Shown here: in pieces, positions 30,417 through 40,421 of the stretch
Numbering within the stretch: the stretch's first letter is position 1
Layout: each line of letters opens with the position of its first letter
DNA from: Phycisphaerae bacterium
Lineage (GTDB): Bacteria; Planctomycetota; Phycisphaerae; UBA1845
Length of the DNA stretch: 64,000 nt
Direction: 5' to 3'
Assembly (NCBI GenBank): GCA_963666835.2
Contig: CAXXGO010000003.1
Location: 672,001 to 736,000 of the forward strand
The notes under the pieces: model-generated
Told to the model about the DNA's origin: nothing
Seen by the model: only the letters and a program-made list of their open reading frames with translations
The model's database searches: none
Made by a program: the position numbers and the translations under genes

Positions 30417-31259
30417 ATGATCACCGAGGTCAGAGACCTAACCAGGCAGGATTACGAACTATTCCGCAAACTGGTCTACGAGAAAAGCGGGATCAACCTC
30501 GGCGATCAGAAGATGCAGCTCGTTCGGGCCCGCCTCGGGAAGCGTGTGCGCCAGGACGGGTTCCCCTCTTTTCGCGCCTACTATGAGCACGTCGCCAACG
30601 ACCCTACCGGGGTGGAGCTGAGCGAGCTGCTGGATGCCATCTCCACCAACACCACTCATCTGTTTCGAGAGCCGAAGCACTTCGAGTTTCTTCACGCTCA
30701 ACTCACCCAATGGGCCTCCGACAGCAAATGGCGACATCAACATCGCACGGTGAGAATCTGGAGTGCCGCGTGCTCAAGCGGAGAAGAACCTCACTCCATC
30801 GCGATGACTGCATTCGATGCCCTCGGCAAATACCCCAATCTCGAACTCAGAATTCTGGCAACTGACATCTCGTCTCCGATGCTCACCCGTGCCCAACGCG
30901 CCGTTTATGACATGCATCGTGTCGGAACCGTACCGCGTGAGTACCAACTCCGTTTTCTCAAGAAAGTCGTGGTGGACGGTCAACAGTGTCTGCAACTCGC
31001 TCCCGAATTGCGCCGGCTTATCAAGGTCACCCGGTTCAACTTGATGAACAAGACCTTCCCATTCCGGAATCGGTTCGATATAATATTTTGCCGAAACGTA
31101 ATGATCTATTTTGACCGCCCCACTCAAGAGACCCTGGTTAGGAAGCTGACTGCAAACCTGCACGAGGACGGCGTTCTGCTGATCGGCCACTCCGAAAGCC
31201 TGACCAACCTCAAACATGAACTGGGCTACGTCCAACCGACGATATATCGCAAACAGTAG
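30417..31259 (+). CDS. cheR: Chemotaxis methyltransferase CheR
   Basis: STNTTHLFRE, IWSAACSSGEE, ATDIS, FNL, FCRNVMIYF, IGHSES. Confidence 0.96.
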   Translation: MITEVRDLTRQDYELFRKLVYEKSGINLGDQKMQLVRARLGKRVRQDGFPSFRAYYEHVANDPTGVELSELLDAISTNTTHLFREPKHFEFLHAQLTQWASDSKWRHQHRTVRIWSAACSSGEEPHSIAMTAFDALGKYPNLELRILATDISSPMLTRAQRAVYDMHRVGTVPREYQLRFLKKVVVDGQQCLQLAPELRRLIKVTRFNLMNKTFPFRNRFDIIFCRNVMIYFDRPTQETLVRKLTANLHEDGVLLIGHSESLTNLKHELGYVQPTIYRKQ

Positions 31260-31321
31260 ACCGCAGTGCGCCAGACGAACGCAACACGGTGATCATTCGT
31301 GTATGACTACTGAGGTTCAGA

Positions 31322-32407
31322 GTGAAGGCCCGCAATCCCATCAAGGTTCTGATTGTCGACGACTCGCTCGTGGTGCGGAAAATTCTCACCAAGGTCCTCA
31401 ATAACGAAGCCGATATCGAAGTCGTCGGGGGCGCCCCAGACCCCTTCTTTGCCCGTGAGCTGATCATCTGCCATCGTCCGGACGTGATTATCCTCGACAT
31501 CATCATGCCGCGGATGGACGGAATCACCTTCCTCAAAAAGTTGAAAGCCCACTATCCCGTTCCGGTCATCATCTGCAGCGGAGTGGCGCCGGCCAACAGT
31601 GCCCGAGCGTTGGAGGCTCTCGAAGCCGGGGCGATAGACGTGGTAGCCAAACCCAGTTGCGGCGGACCGGACGCCCTCCAGCAACTCGGCGAGGATCTCG
31701 CCGAGAAGATCCGGGCGGCCCACATAGCCCTGCCCGCCGCCCGCGCACCTGCTCCGCGACTGGTGACGCCACCGCGGCGGTTTCGTGACACGGGATTGGA
31801 TCCGAACCACACGCTCGTTGTTATCGGCGCTTCGACCGGCGGCACCGAGGCGATAAACGAGTTACTCTCAAACGTACCCGATGACTTTCCCCCCGTCGCC
31901 ATGGTTCAGCACATGCCCGCCGGGTTCACCAAGTCGTTCGCCGAACGCCTCGACCGCTTCAGCAGGCTGCAGGTCACCGAGGCGGTGGACGGTGACCATC
32001 TTATATCCGGGCGAGCGTTTCTGGCGCGCGGCGGAATTCAAATGAGCGTCACGCCCGTGGGCCAGCGTTGGCGAATCTGCTATGGTGATAGCGAGCTTGT
32101 GAACCGACACTGCCCCAGTGTTGGCGTCCTCTTCAACTCCGTCGCCCATTACGCCCGCAGCCGCGCCGTCGGCGTTCTGCTCACCGGCATGGGCGCCGAC
32201 GGAGCGGACGGCCTGCTCGCCATGCGCCAAGCCGGAGCAATCACCATCGCCCAGAATCCAGAAAGTTGCGTGGTCTACGGCATGCCCAAGGCCGCAGTTG
32301 ACAACGGTGCGGCACAACACCTCGCCCCGCCCGCGGCAATCCCCAACCTCATCCTGCGTGAACTCCGTAAGCGCAAAGCCGCCCGACCCTCGGCCTGCTC
32401 TTCTTGA
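31322..32407 (+). CDS. cheB: Chemotaxis methylesterase CheB
   Basis: Receiver domain plus GASTGG, VQHMP, LTGMGADGA, VYGMP. Confidence 0.96.
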   Translation: MKARNPIKVLIVDDSLVVRKILTKVLNNEADIEVVGGAPDPFFARELIICHRPDVIILDIIMPRMDGITFLKKLKAHYPVPVIICSGVAPANSARALEALEAGAIDVVAKPSCGGPDALQQLGEDLAEKIRAAHIALPAARAPAPRLVTPPRRFRDTGLDPNHTLVVIGASTGGTEAINELLSNVPDDFPPVAMVQHMPAGFTKSFAERLDRFSRLQVTEAVDGDHLISGRAFLARGGIQMSVTPVGQRWRICYGDSELVNRHCPSVGVLFNSVAHYARSRAVGVLLTGMGADGADGLLAMRQAGAITIAQNPESCVVYGMPKAAVDNGAAQHLAPPAAIPNLILRELRKRKAARPSACSS

Positions 32408-32524
32408 TCGACCCTCCGCGCAACATCGTCCTCGAAGACCTTTGACAGACGTGTCGGATCCGCATCCACAGCCCGCCATATTGGTAACAGCGAAAGTGCT
32501 GTGACCCAGCGTGGGGGGATGATT

Positions 32525-33679
32525 CTACGACTTCTGCGCAACCGGCTGGTGCGGCAGACCAACGGCAAAAAGACCGATCCGCTTCTCGCCCACGGTATTG
32601 CTCACAAACACGAAGTAGTCTGCCTTGAACCCGGGTGGAACCAAGGCGACCAGCCGCGCCGGAAGCTCCCGCGCCACCGCCACACCGGTCGGCAAAGGCG
32701 TCCCCCCCAGATCATTGCCCGGCCCGCCGAACAACATGAGCAACCGCCCATTGCGGTCAAAGAGGTGGACATATCCGAATGAGCAATCCGCAACGAAAAC
32801 AACTCCATCCGGACCAACGTCCAGATGCTTGGGTGCACCCAAGTCGCCATAGCGATTACCCGGCCGCCCGACGGCTCTGACGAATCCGTGATCGCGGCCT
32901 AGCACCTGGATTCGCCCGTTCAACATATCCGACACGAACAGATTCCCATCATCATCCCCGGCCAAGCCGATCGGAAAGTAGAACCGCCCCGGCTCACTCC
33001 CCACTCCGCCGATGGCCTCCAGATAGGTGCCGTCCGCCATAGAAAACGCCCCGATCTGATGGGCGGCAACGTCGGCAACGAACAGCTTCCCCGCAACAAC
33101 CGCGACGGCTACCGGCTGATATTCACCCTCTTCCGAGCGCCGGAATCGAAGCCGGGCCTGCCCCGCAGAGTCAAAAGACACGACTTCCGCTCGCCCGGTA
33201 TCGGCTACATAGATGGTCCCGCCTTCGTCGACGGCAACCGCCACCGGCTTTGCCAACACAACGTCACCGCGCCCCCCAATTCGGGAACCCTTACCCGCCG
33301 CCAGATCCCAATCGTGAACAACGTTGAGCCCCGTATCACAGATGTAGAGGTGCCCGTCGGCATAGGCGACACCTGCAGGCGTAGCGACATACGGACCGGC
33401 GGATCGGCCACGGAAGAGCTCCGTCCAACTACCGCGGCGCGGAGCAATGTCCGCGAGACTATTAAACGACTTCAAGTGAACGACATGCGGAACCGCCGGC
33501 GGGGGCGGAAAATAGACGGGATCCGCCTTGGGCGCAGTAGAGGCACACCCCAACGGAAGCGCCCCCACCAGCAACAGGACGGCCAACAGCGCGCAGCCGC
33601 ATCTCGCGGTCGTAACCGCATCGCCGCAGGCCCTGATACCAAGTGCGCGGCGAATCACTTCTTGTGGCAGACCAGACAC
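32525..33679 (-). CDS. NHL-repeat six-bladed beta-propeller lipoprotein
   Basis: Lipobox LPLGC, YFPPPP, repeated P-x-G/A-V-A-V-D...Y-V-A-D, FYFPIGLA; start codon uncertain. Confidence 0.85.
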   Translation of the reverse strand: MSGLPQEVIRRALGIRACGDAVTTARCGCALLAVLLLVGALPLGCASTAPKADPVYFPPPPAVPHVVHLKSFNSLADIAPRRGSWTELFRGRSAGPYVATPAGVAYADGHLYICDTGLNVVHDWDLAAGKGSRIGGRGDVVLAKPVAVAVDEGGTIYVADTGRAEVVSFDSAGQARLRFRRSEEGEYQPVAVAVVAGKLFVADVAAHQIGAFSMADGTYLEAIGGVGSEPGRFYFPIGLAGDDDGNLFVSDMLNGRIQVLGRDHGFVRAVGRPGNRYGDLGAPKHLDVGPDGVVFVADCSFGYVHLFDRNGRLLMLFGGPGNDLGGTPLPTGVAVARELPARLVALVPPGFKADYFVFVSNTVGEKRIGLFAVGLPHQPVAQKS

Positions 33680-34239
33680 AGCGCGCTACGCCCGTTGCTG
33701 GTAACGAGCATGTGCTCTTCACCCGACATGTCGTGCGGATCATGACACGAACTACACTCGACCCGGTTCTCCGGAAGCGTTACGGTACCTGTGGCGACAA
33801 CACTCGTAATCGGCCGGTACCCCTTATCGAACTGGGGGTACTCAACGCCGACGGGATGATCGCTGCGCTGATGGCCGCCGGCAAACACCCCCGAGTGCTG
33901 CCGATTGGCAAATCTCTCTTTGGTCTGATCACTTACGCTATCCTTGGCGATCGTCCCGTCGTGACACCGTAGGCAGACACTGGTCCCTTCACCCGCGCGC
34001 CGCGTTCCGTTCAGCGGCGACCCAAAAACGCGGTTGAGGTCGGCCTTGGCATCCCACAGCGGAGCAGCCTCCGGCGGCTCGGAGCGCTGCGGCCCGTGGC
34101 ACGCACTACACCCGTCTCCGCCCGCCCATTCGGCGTTGCTGAAATCGTGCTTAGATCCCTTGACGTCACCCCAAGCCCATCCGCCGAGGATTGCCAGAAC
34201 CAAAACAACCGCAACGCTAGTGACTCTCGTTCTTGTCAT
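33655..34239 (-). CDS. Tetraheme c-type cytochrome, OmcE-like
   Basis: Signal peptide; 4 CxxCH (CSACH, CLRCH, CSSCH, CLVCH); KHDFS, PLW, CHDG, DHPVG, VECxSCHDPH, ends SALCLVCHKK. Confidence 0.85.
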   Translation of the reverse strand: MTRTRVTSVAVVLVLAILGGWAWGDVKGSKHDFSNAEWAGGDGCSACHGPQRSEPPEAAPLWDAKADLNRVFGSPLNGTRRAGEGTSVCLRCHDGTIAKDSVSDQTKERFANRQHSGVFAGGHQRSDHPVGVEYPQFDKGYRPITSVVATGTVTLPENRVECSSCHDPHDMSGEEHMLVTSNGRSALCLVCHKK

Positions 34240-36023
34240 CGGCTTACTCCCCGCGATCGGGATCTACTCGCTCCGGCGGCCGTCGCATTGGCGTACGGGA
34301 AATTGACGTGCGGGAATCCGTGACACGTCATCGTACACGTACCCGAGAACCGCCCGGTGTCTACATACTCCACTCGTCGCCCCGTCGAAGTATCCGCAGG
34401 GGTCACGACCGCCAAATCGAAATTGAGCAGGTGGCTGTGATTCGTGGCGTTGCCTTGCCCTCGGTACACGCCGTGAGGATCGTGACAAACGACGCACGGG
34501 GTACGAATATCCACAATATGCCGCCGGTGCCGCGAGAAACTCTCGTCATTCAGAATACTCTGGCGATCATGGCATCCATAGCATAGTGCATAGGAGTCGG
34601 CGCTCTCCGACGTGAAATCAGCCGTATCGAGATTACGCACAAGCAAGCCATCATTCAACGAGCCGTGGGGACCGTTTGCCCCGGAGCCTCCCGCCGAACG
34701 AGCATTGTCACTGTTGTGGCAATCCGTACACGTAATCACGCTGCCCGCATTCAACGGCGAGAGCAAACTGGGCACCTCGGAATTGCGCCGCGGACCGGCT
34801 ACAGGATGGAACGACGGATTTGACGTTTGAAACTCGAATCGCACGTTTGTTTGACTTACCTGCCGGGAAGTTCCCAGCCGCGGCCGCAACGCGCTGTCCC
34901 CGTGGCACTTGAGGCAAATCTCGTAGAGATAATCGGCACGCTCCGTCTCGCGGCCGGAGATAGTCACTCCGGATACGTGCAGATTCGGTCCCTTGACCGT
35001 CTGCCCGAGAGTCCCGCGGACTACCCCCACCCGATTCGCCTGGGCCGCGTGCGGATTGTGGCAATCTACGCACTCCACGTGACGCCTCATGGTAAAAGGC
35101 GTCTCCGCAGCATCATGCACGCCCGTGCGCCAGCGCGGGTCGTGCCCCGAGCGTTTCCGGATGTCTGCCGCGATATTGAACGAAGCTACCGCCCCGCTGT
35201 GGCAATTCAGGCAGTTATCTTCCTCGGCAGTATGCCGCAGCAACCGCTCCGCCTCGGGAGCCGAATGAATCTTATGGCAAACCATGCAGCCGTTATCGCG
35301 AACAGTGCCGTATTTCAGACGTTCCCGGGCATCCACTGCCCGCCCGGTCGTGCGTTTGCGGCTGGTGGTATGTGAGGCGCGGTACCATCCGTCAAGATCA
35401 TGGCAGGTCACGCAAATCGCCGACATCTGGTCGGACACCCGCAGAAAATCGCCCAGCGCGTTGTTGTGCGGATCGTGGCACGTGGTGCAATGCACTTCCC
35501 CGTGCGGCCCCATGGGCATATCCCGCGACACCACCTCCGGTGGACGCACCTGACGATCCGAGTTGCTCAACGCCCGATCGTAATGGAACCCGATCGGGTG
35601 ATCGTCAGACAGATCGCCGGTCAGATCGGCGCTGCCGGGTGGAATCGTCCGCGCGGTCATCACCATCGGCTCCGTCACCGAAAGCGAGAGCAGACTGCCC
35701 AGGGCCATGGAACCGTCGTGGCAGCTCAGACACATCTTCGACGGCCCGGAGGGCTGATCGATCCGGGCATCCGTCGTCGAACTATCGTAGATCCGATAGT
35801 GAGTACGCGGATTCTCCCGGTTCCACAACGGAGTCTGCGGAGCGGCGTTGTGCGGCGTGTGGCAAAAGATACAAACTTCGTCTTCCCCGATCGCTCGAAT
35901 CGGTCCCGGTCCGCGGACCGAGAGATCATGTTTCGAGTTGACGATCGATTCATCGCCGAACGCGACCACCGAAACGGTCGCAAGCACAACACTGCCGGCA
36001 AGCTGAACGCGTCGCATCCTCAT
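34236..36023 (-). CDS. Large multiheme cytochrome c (11 CxxCH + 1 CxxxCH) with OmcE-like N-terminal tetraheme module
   Basis: Signal peptide; SIVNSKHDLS..CIFCHTPH..PLWNR..CLSCHDG..DLSDDHP..CTTCHDPH..FLR..CVTCH, then 7 more CxxCH and a terminal CTMTCH. Confidence 0.92.
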   Translation of the reverse strand: MRMRRVQLAGSVVLATVSVVAFGDESIVNSKHDLSVRGPGPIRAIGEDEVCIFCHTPHNAAPQTPLWNRENPRTHYRIYDSSTTDARIDQPSGPSKMCLSCHDGSMALGSLLSLSVTEPMVMTARTIPPGSADLTGDLSDDHPIGFHYDRALSNSDRQVRPPEVVSRDMPMGPHGEVHCTTCHDPHNNALGDFLRVSDQMSAICVTCHDLDGWYRASHTTSRKRTTGRAVDARERLKYGTVRDNGCMVCHKIHSAPEAERLLRHTAEEDNCLNCHSGAVASFNIAADIRKRSGHDPRWRTGVHDAAETPFTMRRHVECVDCHNPHAAQANRVGVVRGTLGQTVKGPNLHVSGVTISGRETERADYLYEICLKCHGDSALRPRLGTSRQVSQTNVRFEFQTSNPSFHPVAGPRRNSEVPSLLSPLNAGSVITCTDCHNSDNARSAGGSGANGPHGSLNDGLLVRNLDTADFTSESADSYALCYGCHDRQSILNDESFSRHRRHIVDIRTPCVVCHDPHGVYRGQGNATNHSHLLNFDLAVVTPADTSTGRRVEYVDTGRFSGTCTMTCHGFPHVNFPYANATAAGASRSRSRGVSR

Positions 36024-37069
36024 AGCGCGGCCCTCACATACTCGAATACCTGAATGCGGCGATTGCCCCCGTCCGCCACCCAGATTCGGTCATCCTTGCC
36101 AACTGCGATACCGGTCGGTAGCCAGAACTCGCCCGGATCTTGGCCTTCTTCACCAAATGCCATCAACAAACGCCCCTCGCCGTCAAACACCTGAACATTC
36201 TCGAACTGCGCGTCGACCACGTAGAGGTGACCGTCACCGTCGACGGCCACACCCTTGGGCAAAGCGAAATCGCCCGCTCCGTCCCCCTTCTGCCCGATAC
36301 TACGAACAAAGGAGCCGTCCGGGCCCAACAGTTGCACGCGGCAATTCCCACTGTCCGTAACCAGCAACCGACCATCGTGCCAACACACGTGCGTGGGATA
36401 GTTGAACTGTCCGGGACCCGTGCCTCGGCTCCCGAAACTATCCACCAGCTTCCCGTCCGGCGTAAACACCGCCAGGCAGTGCGTGCCCCCGCTTACGACA
36501 TAAAGCAAGTCGCGCTCCGCTACGTACGCGATGCCGACCGGGCGGCGCAGAACATCGCCGCCGAATCTTCGCCGGAAACTCCCCTGCCGATCAAACTCAA
36601 TCACTTCGCCCCGTTGAGCATCCGTTACGAAAAGACGATCCTGCGCCCAAGTCACACCGAAAGGACTCCCCAACCGCTCATCGCCGAACCCGGCAATACG
36701 CACATGCGTCCGGGCGTCGAGATCCAGCACGTGCACCGTCGCCTGCCCCCCGTCCGCAACCGCCAAGAGTGCCGGATCACGGAAGGCAACTCCCTGCGGC
36801 CGCGAGAAAGACAGCGGAGGCCGCGGACCGCGCAAGGCCGCCCGTAGCGCCTCGCCCCCGGATCGCCCCGCCTTGAGGTCTGCGCTGCCCGACAGGGTTC
36901 CGACCAACCTTACTCGGGCAACGTCCGGCGGTGCCGGCCAAACCTTCGCCGGCACAATCGGCTCGAACAGCACCCCCTGAGGGCGAGCACACGCCCCGAG
37001 AAGCGCCGCCCCCAACAACGAAGCGAGCCCTGCTATCGCCCGCACGTCGTTACCACTTGGCCAGCACAT
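36020..37069 (-). CDS. NHL-repeat beta-propeller lipoprotein
   Basis: Lipobox LGAC, VWPAPP, GQFNYPT, GDFALPKGVAVD, GEFWLPTGI, IWVADGGNRRIQVF. Confidence 0.9.
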   Translation of the reverse strand: MCWPSGNDVRAIAGLASLLGAALLGACARPQGVLFEPIVPAKVWPAPPDVARVRLVGTLSGSADLKAGRSGGEALRAALRGPRPPLSFSRPQGVAFRDPALLAVADGGQATVHVLDLDARTHVRIAGFGDERLGSPFGVTWAQDRLFVTDAQRGEVIEFDRQGSFRRRFGGDVLRRPVGIAYVAERDLLYVVSGGTHCLAVFTPDGKLVDSFGSRGTGPGQFNYPTHVCWHDGRLLVTDSGNCRVQLLGPDGSFVRSIGQKGDGAGDFALPKGVAVDGDGHLYVVDAQFENVQVFDGEGRLLMAFGEEGQDPGEFWLPTGIAVGKDDRIWVADGGNRRIQVFEYVRAAL

Positions 37070-39110
37070 TCGGAATGTCCCTGCGCACGCGGAAATAAAC
37101 GCCGAAATCCTCTTCTTCGGACTCCGGCAACCCCAAACGATCGTACTCTACGGTCAACTCGCCCGAGAAATCGCCAACGATGTACTCCAGACCGGCGGTC
37201 ACATCCCAGGAATTCGTGTCCCCGGCAACAGAATCATCCTCAAACCGGTACGCGATCCGCTCAACGGTTGACAGCGATTCCGTCAGACGCCAACGATGAT
37301 CCAACTCCACATCCACCATCGTTACGTCACGACCGAAGGAATCGTCCTCGAAGCACATCCGCGAAAACCGGCTCGACAGATCCAAGTTATGGTCCGGGCT
37401 GCGTACAACATGGAGCAAGCCGTTGACGTGTACCGCATCGTACGGATCCACCGTATCGTCAAAGATCTCGAATTCTGCCCCGAGACTGAACCGCTCCTGC
37501 TCGTAGTTAACCCCCAGCCGGTGATGATTCGTTCGATCCACCCACCGGGCAAAGCCGGTCGAACCCTCGTTCTCCTGGTTGCGATAGGACCACCGGTAGT
37601 AGGGTGTCAAGCCGAAGGTGAACCGCTGCTCGACGTTAAAATCGACGCGCATCGTGTCGATCTTCCCGTCGGCCGGGGTGCGATACTCATAGTCGATCAG
37701 CACCGTGTCTCCGTCGGCAATCTGCCCGGTACGAAGCCGCAACAGGCGCGTGACATTACCTTGCCGGCTGACCACGTAATCCACGCCGGGGCGCAGGTAG
37801 CGCCGATTGGTGGCATCGGTGACCAGAATGGTCGCCTGTACCACATTGCGATTTCGCAGAATGATGGACAACGGATCACGGAACGTGCCCGACTCGTCGA
37901 GCACAATCCGGCGGCCGTTGTCCCCGCTGATATCTTCGGTGTCGTACGCCAGAGCCAGATTGGCATTGAGATGGCCAAACCGGTTCCGGCGGTTGTACTG
38001 CCAATCGACCGCCGCTCCGTACTGAACGGTCTCTACGTCGTCTTCGATGTCCTCATAAAGCCCGAAGACATCCACTGTCGTCGTGAGATTGCTGTACATC
38101 TGATGCACAAGCTGGAAGTCCGCCCGGTGGGTGTCGATGTCCAGTTCTTCGTAGCGCTCCCGGTTGTGCTGGTACGTGTACATCGTCTGCAGGGAATCGC
38201 TGTGGTGCAGAGTCAGTTGCTGGCTCGACTCGTACAGATCGCGTGCGAAGTCGCCGCTCTCCTCCTGCCAACGGACGAAGCTGCGCAGACTGTGCTGAGA
38301 CTCCGAGCCGAACTCCCAATCGTGCGTCAACTTGACGAGATCGCGCGTCGTCTCGAACGCGTCATCCAGCCCTTGATACTCCTGCTTCGTCTCCCCGTGC
38401 TCGTACGAAAGTGAAAACTTCCGGTGCTCCGATACCAGCCAATCCGCAGCCCAATGGAACGTGCTTTCCGTGTAGTGCTCGTCGTCCCCGTCGTACCAGT
38501 TTCCGGTTCGATCCGTCTCGAGGTAATCGTAAGACAACTCCATCGGAATCTTGTCGTGGGCGAAAACCCAGTTGGTTCCGAAGCCCGTCCGTTCCTCGTC
38601 GAGCGTCGGCTGGAACCGGCGATTGATGCGGTCATCCCGGCGGAGTGCGTACAACGACCCCGACAGAATCTTGCCCTGCAGGAAGTTGACCCGCGCGTCG
38701 TAATGCACCAGATAACCGTTGTCGTCATCCGTGCGCGTGCCGTACCCGCTGATCTTCTCTTCGTAACGATCTTGCGTCAGAGCAAAGCTGAAATCACCGG
38801 CAAAAGTGATGAACCCCGGATCCAGCACCGTACCTCCCAGCTTCAAACCGACCCGCTCTTCGAAGCCGTAATCGGTGTTCTTCTGGGTGCGCTTCTGCCG
38901 GGCGCCCGTAAGGTCCCGCGAGGTTACCATCGTTCGCGTATACTCGCCTTTGAACTCAAGATAGGCATCGAGGTGATCGAGGCTAAGATAATCCTGCCGC
39001 GCGGCCGACGAGTCCTCGTCATCCGCAACCGCAGCGTTTCCGAGAGCCGCGACCCCAACGAACGCCACCCCGATACATCCAAGGCGAAAGGTGCTCACCG
39101 CGCCAACCAT
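37050..39110 (-). CDS. Putative outer-membrane beta-barrel (porin-cytochrome conduit/export porin)
   Basis: Signal peptide; alternating aromatic/polar beta-strands throughout, very acidic loops, C-terminal strand FGVYFRVRR; first gene of a coupled cytochrome operon. Confidence 0.75.
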   Translation of the reverse strand: MVGAVSTFRLGCIGVAFVGVAALGNAAVADDEDSSAARQDYLSLDHLDAYLEFKGEYTRTMVTSRDLTGARQKRTQKNTDYGFEERVGLKLGGTVLDPGFITFAGDFSFALTQDRYEEKISGYGTRTDDDNGYLVHYDARVNFLQGKILSGSLYALRRDDRINRRFQPTLDEERTGFGTNWVFAHDKIPMELSYDYLETDRTGNWYDGDDEHYTESTFHWAADWLVSEHRKFSLSYEHGETKQEYQGLDDAFETTRDLVKLTHDWEFGSESQHSLRSFVRWQEESGDFARDLYESSQQLTLHHSDSLQTMYTYQHNRERYEELDIDTHRADFQLVHQMYSNLTTTVDVFGLYEDIEDDVETVQYGAAVDWQYNRRNRFGHLNANLALAYDTEDISGDNGRRIVLDESGTFRDPLSIILRNRNVVQATILVTDATNRRYLRPGVDYVVSRQGNVTRLLRLRTGQIADGDTVLIDYEYRTPADGKIDTMRVDFNVEQRFTFGLTPYYRWSYRNQENEGSTGFARWVDRTNHHRLGVNYEQERFSLGAEFEIFDDTVDPYDAVHVNGLLHVVRSPDHNLDLSSRFSRMCFEDDSFGRDVTMVDVELDHRWRLTESLSTVERIAYRFEDDSVAGDTNSWDVTAGLEYIVGDFSGELTVEYDRLGLPESEEEDFGVYFRVRRDIPNVLAKW

Positions 39111-39290
39111 GTTACACCCGCCCTCTGGTTTGTTTCGACCGTCAGGTCTCTTGCCATGTACTCAGCGTCGCTCGCCTCCCGTACGGCGAGGCCAGTCCAA
39201 TAGTCACGCGACGATATTAACGATGCCGCTACGCATGGCAACCGCCGGAACCAGGTTCATTGCCGTTGCTCCAGGTCGGACCGTTCGCGC

Positions 39291-39303
39291 TATCAACCCG
39301 TTA
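39291..39303 (+). promoter_or_regulatory. IHF-consensus site in the divergent promoter region of the cytochrome cluster
   Basis: TATCAACCCGTTA matches WATCAANNNNTTR exactly. Confidence 0.35.
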
Positions 39304-39659
39304 TATCGATAAGACTGCAGTCCGCCGGCCAGCCAACTTGACCGCCGCTGCAGAGCGGTGTGTCCAGCCGACTGCCGGTCCGATCTGCGTAGATCGGCCT
39401 ACCGCATCCGAGATTCCACGCCCCGTCATGCCGACGCAACCTATTATCTGACAAGGGCCTTCGCGACATTTCACACCCCACGCGGATGCTGCTGGGCTGA
39501 ACTTGCCGAACCCAAGCCGGGCAACCACGCCCGGCCGCGCCGAGTCTACCGCCTGCGCGAACTTGGACCGGCGGCATTGAACTTCTGCCGTTGGAGTGTA
39601 TTGTACCGCGGATAGTGTGGACCTTGGAGTAAGAAGCTGCTCTCAGCAGAGGCGCGGTC

Positions 39660-40232
39660 ATGCGGAAGCTCGGATTGGCTGTATCAATCGTGTTAATCGT
39701 AAGTCTCGGCTGCTCCCAGGCGGCCCGCGACAGTTTCAAACACTGGTTCTTCGAAATCCCCGAACAATCGGAGGTAACTTCCGAGGCACCTGCCGCCGAA
39801 CCGGAGAGTTCTTCGGCAAAGGCGGAGACGGCGCCCCATCAGGTCGAATCGAAGTACCTTTCGGTCCACGCCCCTTACGCGGATCGACAGTGCAATCGCT
39901 GCCATGACCCCGAGCAGCGCATGGCCGTGCGCGATGACCTTGAGGGTTGCTGCCTTTCGTGCCACCGGCAGTACTTCGACGAGGATACTATCGAGCATTC
40001 CCCGGTCGCCGACCGAGAGTGCCTGACATGCCACGACTTGCATCGGAGCACGCAACTCAGCCTGCTCAAGGGCTCCGTCCTTGAATTGTGCGCTCCGTGC
40101 CATGACGAGCCGAGTGAGTTGAGTGAGGACGCGCACGGCGGCGAAGGCGTGGAGAACTGTGTTCGTTGTCATGATCCCCATTTCGGGGAAGCACCGTATT
40201 TAAAGCCCGGAGTAGAGGGTTCAGAGGACTAA
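39660..40232 (+). CDS. Pentaheme c-type cytochrome lipoprotein (doubled-CxxCH / cytochrome c3-like)
   Basis: Lipobox SLGC; CNRCH, CLSCH, CLTCH, CAPCH, CVRCH; HAP/HSP distal His motifs. Confidence 0.9.
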   Translation: MRKLGLAVSIVLIVSLGCSQAARDSFKHWFFEIPEQSEVTSEAPAAEPESSSAKAETAPHQVESKYLSVHAPYADRQCNRCHDPEQRMAVRDDLEGCCLSCHRQYFDEDTIEHSPVADRECLTCHDLHRSTQLSLLKGSVLELCAPCHDEPSELSEDAHGGEGVENCVRCHDPHFGEAPYLKPGVEGSED

Positions 40233-40421
40233 CGACGCGCAAGGGATCGAGGCCGATTGGGTCGGCCTGTGGCGTACCCGTGGCGGGTCGCGCCGGAGAC
40301 GGTGAGTAAGAGCAGGGCGCTTGCCGTTTCGCCGAGGACATTCTCGCGAAGGATTACGACCGCTCTTGGGCATGGCTAGACCCCAAGCCAAGCGGTCGAG
40401 CAGAAGATCTAAGGAGTCATC

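Noticed and set aside
39121..39290. Sigma54 promoter for the cytochrome operon
   Set aside because: TGGCA-like -24 elements lack a correctly spaced GC at -12.
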